DNA of 64,000 nt from Utricularia gibba (Eukaryota > Plantae > Magnoliophyta): contig NEEC01000030.1 of the NCBI GenBank assembly GCA_002189035.1, positions 124,001 through 188,000 of the forward strand, read 5' to 3'. This document shows positions 60,381 to 64,000 of the stretch, piece after piece; position 1 is the stretch's first letter; every line of letters starts with the position of its first letter. The notes under the pieces are model-generated. The model was given only the letters and a program-made list of their open reading frames with translations, was not told the DNA's origin and ran no database searches. Position numbers and translations under genes: made by a program.

Positions 60381-60879
60381 TCCATGAAGCTTCTCCTCAA
60401 TAGTGGTTAATACCTACTTTCACTCTCAACATAGGAACTAATAGGGTTAATACCTGCTTTCACTCTCAATAGAGCTTCATATAATGACTTTTATTTCTTT
60501 TTCTTTTGATACTAAACAATTCACAAATGAAAATGCATGAGAACTAAATTTTACTAAAATAAATCCAAAATCTCAAATAACTAATGATAAACAAAAATTT
60601 TTGAATATCATTGCAAGAAAATCAAATTCGCGTATCAAATAAATTTAGAAACCCTAATCTAAAAAAAATACAAATTCAGAAAACTTGTATAGTAGATTTT
60701 GGGGTCAATCAAGGAATAGGTACTTGCAAAGTGCTTTTCGAAATGCAAAATTTGAAATAAATTTTACTCTTGGTCCATGGTCAAACTAATAGCCGTAACA
60801 AGTTTAGTAACTAAAATTGAATCATAATGTAGAAGGTAACAAGTATAGCTTTTGTCCATAAAGTAATACTATGATGCCT

Positions 60880-61950
60880 AAAGGTGGTCTAGGTGATGTG
60901 ATACTAAGGTTTCTAATTTAATATATAATGTTTCTATATTCACAACTCCAAACAACTTAAGTCTATCTAGGTCATTTCCCATGGTTTCAGTTAAGATAGC
61001 CCTCAATGTCATCACCCATTCCACACTTAGGTCTACCCATATGCGCAATATGTAGAACTAGGTCTTCTTATCTCTATTGGTTCTACCCAAGACTAAAAGC
61101 TACTATCTCCACCTTGATTTGTTGGTCTACCTCTAAATCAAGCATCTAAGTTATGAAGATGTTCGTTGTCCCCTCCACCCTTAGGTCTACTTGAGGAATG
61201 ATAGAAATGAAAGCTAAGGCGCAATGATCAATTATCTTATGAACCCTAATCCACATCACCTATCCACACCTTAAGGCATCCCTAAAGTTTAGGTACTCAT
61301 GTGTGATATGCAAAAAATGATTTCATAGCTAAACTAATGAAAATGTCAAGAATATCTTGAGAAAATTAGCCTCGCAAACCAAACACATTTAGGAAACTAA
61401 AACAAAGTAGAAATAGTTCTGGTTCTTGTCTACTACTATTCACAACCTAGAACGGTAGCCTAAATTGGGTTCTTGAGCTTGTTCTTCACGTTCAAGGCTT
61501 TTCTTCTAGAAAAATCATCTTCTCCTTCCTTCTCGTTTGTTGTTGTTTCTCAAAGGAGCTCTCTATGTGTTCTTCATTGAGGCTCCTTTTTTTTTCTCTC
61601 TTCCCCCCAAAAAAATTTTCTGCCTCCATTTCTCTAAGCAAGTACGATTCTCTGATAGTGCTGCTGCACCTAACCCTTACTTGCAGTCTACATAGTTGAA
61701 GTGCACTCATTGTCCCCTCTTTTTATGTTGCCCAGTCTGCTAAATGGTTGCTTGCAAGAAATTTCGATCTTCTCCCCTGATTTTTTGAACTTGCTGCTGG
61801 ACTTGAAATGGGTTAATTATATCCTCAATTGAGCCCATATGCACACAAATACATTCCCTAAATTTTGGAAAATATTTGAAACTATAAAATAAACAACTAA
61901 AACATAATTAAAAGGTTATAATTTGTATATCATAAAAACAAGAATATTTT
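60880..61950 (-). mobile_element. Family C LTR, degenerate and 3' truncated
   Basis: Reverse complement is collinear with about 46414-47490. Confidence 0.75.
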
Positions 61951-62491
61951 TGTGTTATGAAATAAGCTCAATATCATTCTAGATAGGAGACCTTTCTAGT
62001 GTAATGTAATAAGCGATCTATCCCAAGAGAAAATCCTTAAATAAGAATGCAAATCATAGAAACAATCTAAGTATGATTGGACTCCAGCATCATCTCTTCT
62101 TCCTCATTGCTAAGCATTTCTATCTCAACCATAAAATGCATATGTAATTGCCAAGCCCATTGGTGTATAACATTGATAATTACTAAAAATATGAATAGTA
62201 GCTCAAATTTCTTTTTTTAACAAAGACAACTTCACACAACTAGAAAGAAAAGCAAAAAGACAACAAATTAATGCTTATCAAGAGACCTATGTCAAATATG
62301 GCAACAAGAGTGATCAAAATCATGAATGTTCAACCATCCACCAAATAGCAAGGAGACAAGAGTCAAAGAGACCAAGCTATAGTCAATTGAGAAGCAGCCC
62401 CTTGAAACTACTCATTTGTTGTTTTTGTAGTCCATTGCATTTTATCTTCTTAGAATAAGTAGAGGCCAGTAGTGAGGCTTAATTCTAATGA

Positions 62492-62730
62492 AGTTAGTTG
62501 ATGTGTTCTAGAGACAATCAACTTATTAGAAAATCTTATCATTTGATATTAACCTTGAATTATGATCAAATTTATATCACTGATAAAATCTTTTACTTGA
62601 TCTATATGTCGTAAAAATTATGATGAGATCATAATGTCAGATTCTTCAAGCATTTATGTTCAAGTAAAAAACTCCTTGGTTAAAGAATTTGTGAAATGAA
62701 GATATCACAAATGTGGATAAACATGGGAGC
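62492..62730 (+). repeat. 5' fragment of the Angela-like LTR family seen at 27290-28792
   Basis: GTTAGTTGATGTGTTCTAGAGACAATCA matches the reverse complement of 28560-28792. Confidence 0.75.
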
Positions 62731-63437
62731 TTGTTGGAGGAAGAGGTGCATATAGATCCCTTTTGGTTAGGGATCTATATGTTGATTAATGTTAAAATAA
62801 GGAAAACAAATAATATCAGTAAAGTTAGACTAACCTATGGCCAAGAAATAGATAAGTCAAACTCCTTCACACAATCCTCATCCCAACCATTTATTTTAAA
62901 AATGTAGTCCAGTAATTGATAAATCATGCATAACAAAAAGATTAATAGAGATTAATAATAAAGCACAATATAACACAAGATATGAAAATACATTATTTAC
63001 ATCTGAAGATCACTTGTTATATGAGTGGACATGGTATGCATCGAATCCTAGATGAGGACACACCGTTAGTATTTCTCTTCGAGATTGCACAATATGACAA
63101 GGGTATAGTGACCACAACTAGATATAGAGACAATTCAAAGTGATACATATTCTGATGTCAAATGTGGAAAATATATATATATGAAAGCTTACTTCATATT
63201 AATTGGCAAGAAGATGTAGCGAATGTTGCATGGATGTTACACACCACTTTTTAATTATTTCCAAGTCAAACTTTTTATCCACGGCATGTTGCATTCATAG
63301 GTTGTGGATGAATGCAACCTCCATTAGATGACTTAGTGGCTGCAATGCCATGGTTTTCCTACATGTAAAAACAATAATCATCAATAAAAATTCCAAAAAA
63401 ACATAATTTATACTCTATTAGTTTCATATCCAATGAC

Positions 63438-63890
63438 TTACTCAATGGTGTCGTCCAATACATCATCCATCAACTCGCCATACACACATTGATGGGGAGC
63501 CTTACACCTTCTTTTATTTTTTGGAACCGGTGGAATACCGAAAGCATCCAAATCGCTGCTGACTTCCACCTGCATATTCACACAACTATTGAAGATGAAT
63601 CCTTTGTTGTAGGTTTGACTATATAGCATGTTATACACCACGCTTTTTGGGACTGTCTTTGGAGATATTTCTAGATGCAGTTTATCATTTTCTTTCTTCA
63701 CTTTCACAGGGCTTTGAAGAGAAGTCTCACCAACTTCCTCATTGCCCATGTTGGTCCTACATGGCTCCAGTGACGTGAGTGTTTCATCCTCTTCCATTCG
63801 TTGAACCCTGTCCTTATTTAATTCACCCTCTTTGCAATCTTTTTTCTTGTAGCCTTTCTTGCCATATGTGGAACATGATACCGGCCTAGA
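63438..63890 (-). pseudogene. Possible MULE transposase C-terminal exon (decayed zinc knuckle and low-complexity tail)
   Basis: After a TAG acceptor near 63888, VSCSTYGKKGYKKKR resembles a mutated CxxC..GH..xxC knuckle, then ORF 63438-63797. A host-gene origin is not excluded. Confidence 0.4.
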
Positions 63891-64000
63891 AATTACATTT
63901 AATCAACCATAAATCCAAAACTAATCCATACAAAAAAAAGTGTGATTGACAAAACCTGGAGAATCTGCACTTCTGTGAAGTAGATGACCAACCAGGTTTC

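Noticed and set aside
54125-64000. Complete Pack-MULE around the AGO fragment
   Set aside because: No inverted partner TIR or long TSD found in the window, so only the fragment and one subrepeat cluster are reported.
1-64000. CRISPR array, rRNA, organellar insertion or hammerhead-ribozyme retrozyme
   Set aside because: No regularly spaced repeat-spacer array, rRNA or organelle-like gene seen; the CTGATGA hits I examined lack the downstream GAAA and stems. A covariance-model search would be needed to exclude ribozymes formally.

Overview
Plant (angiosperm) nuclear DNA, mostly nested transposons; the species cannot be determined from the sequence. Two apparently intact host genes, both on the minus strand: a 10-exon RluA-family RNA pseudouridine synthase (11989-14472, 457 aa after manual splicing) and a 2-exon small CxxC/CxxC protein (51493-52356, 118 aa). 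The rest comprises a complete but mutated Retand/Tat Ty3-gypsy element (16446-26349, TSD GTGGG), a rearranged Athila-type element (32713-42907, TSD GAGCA), a second Athila remnant, at least six solo LTRs or LTR-bounded insertions with perfect 5-bp TSDs, and decayed copia, hAT, PIF/Harbinger and MULE pieces. Most notable observations: (1) a third, intron-containing NIF/FCP1-like HAD gene between the Myb and transposase genes of a PIF/Harbinger remnant; (2) an LTR whose primer-binding site continues as a full 72-nt antisense tRNA-Asp; (3) a captured AGO4-clade 3' fragment with its intron, near MULE-like terminal subrepeats; (4) a three-intron antisense gene inside the Retand element; (5) an Athila 3' LTR apparently repaired from the 5' LTR with about 430 bp of host flank copied into the element. 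All alignments, counts and family assignments were made by eye or from recalled consensus sequences; no searches were run.
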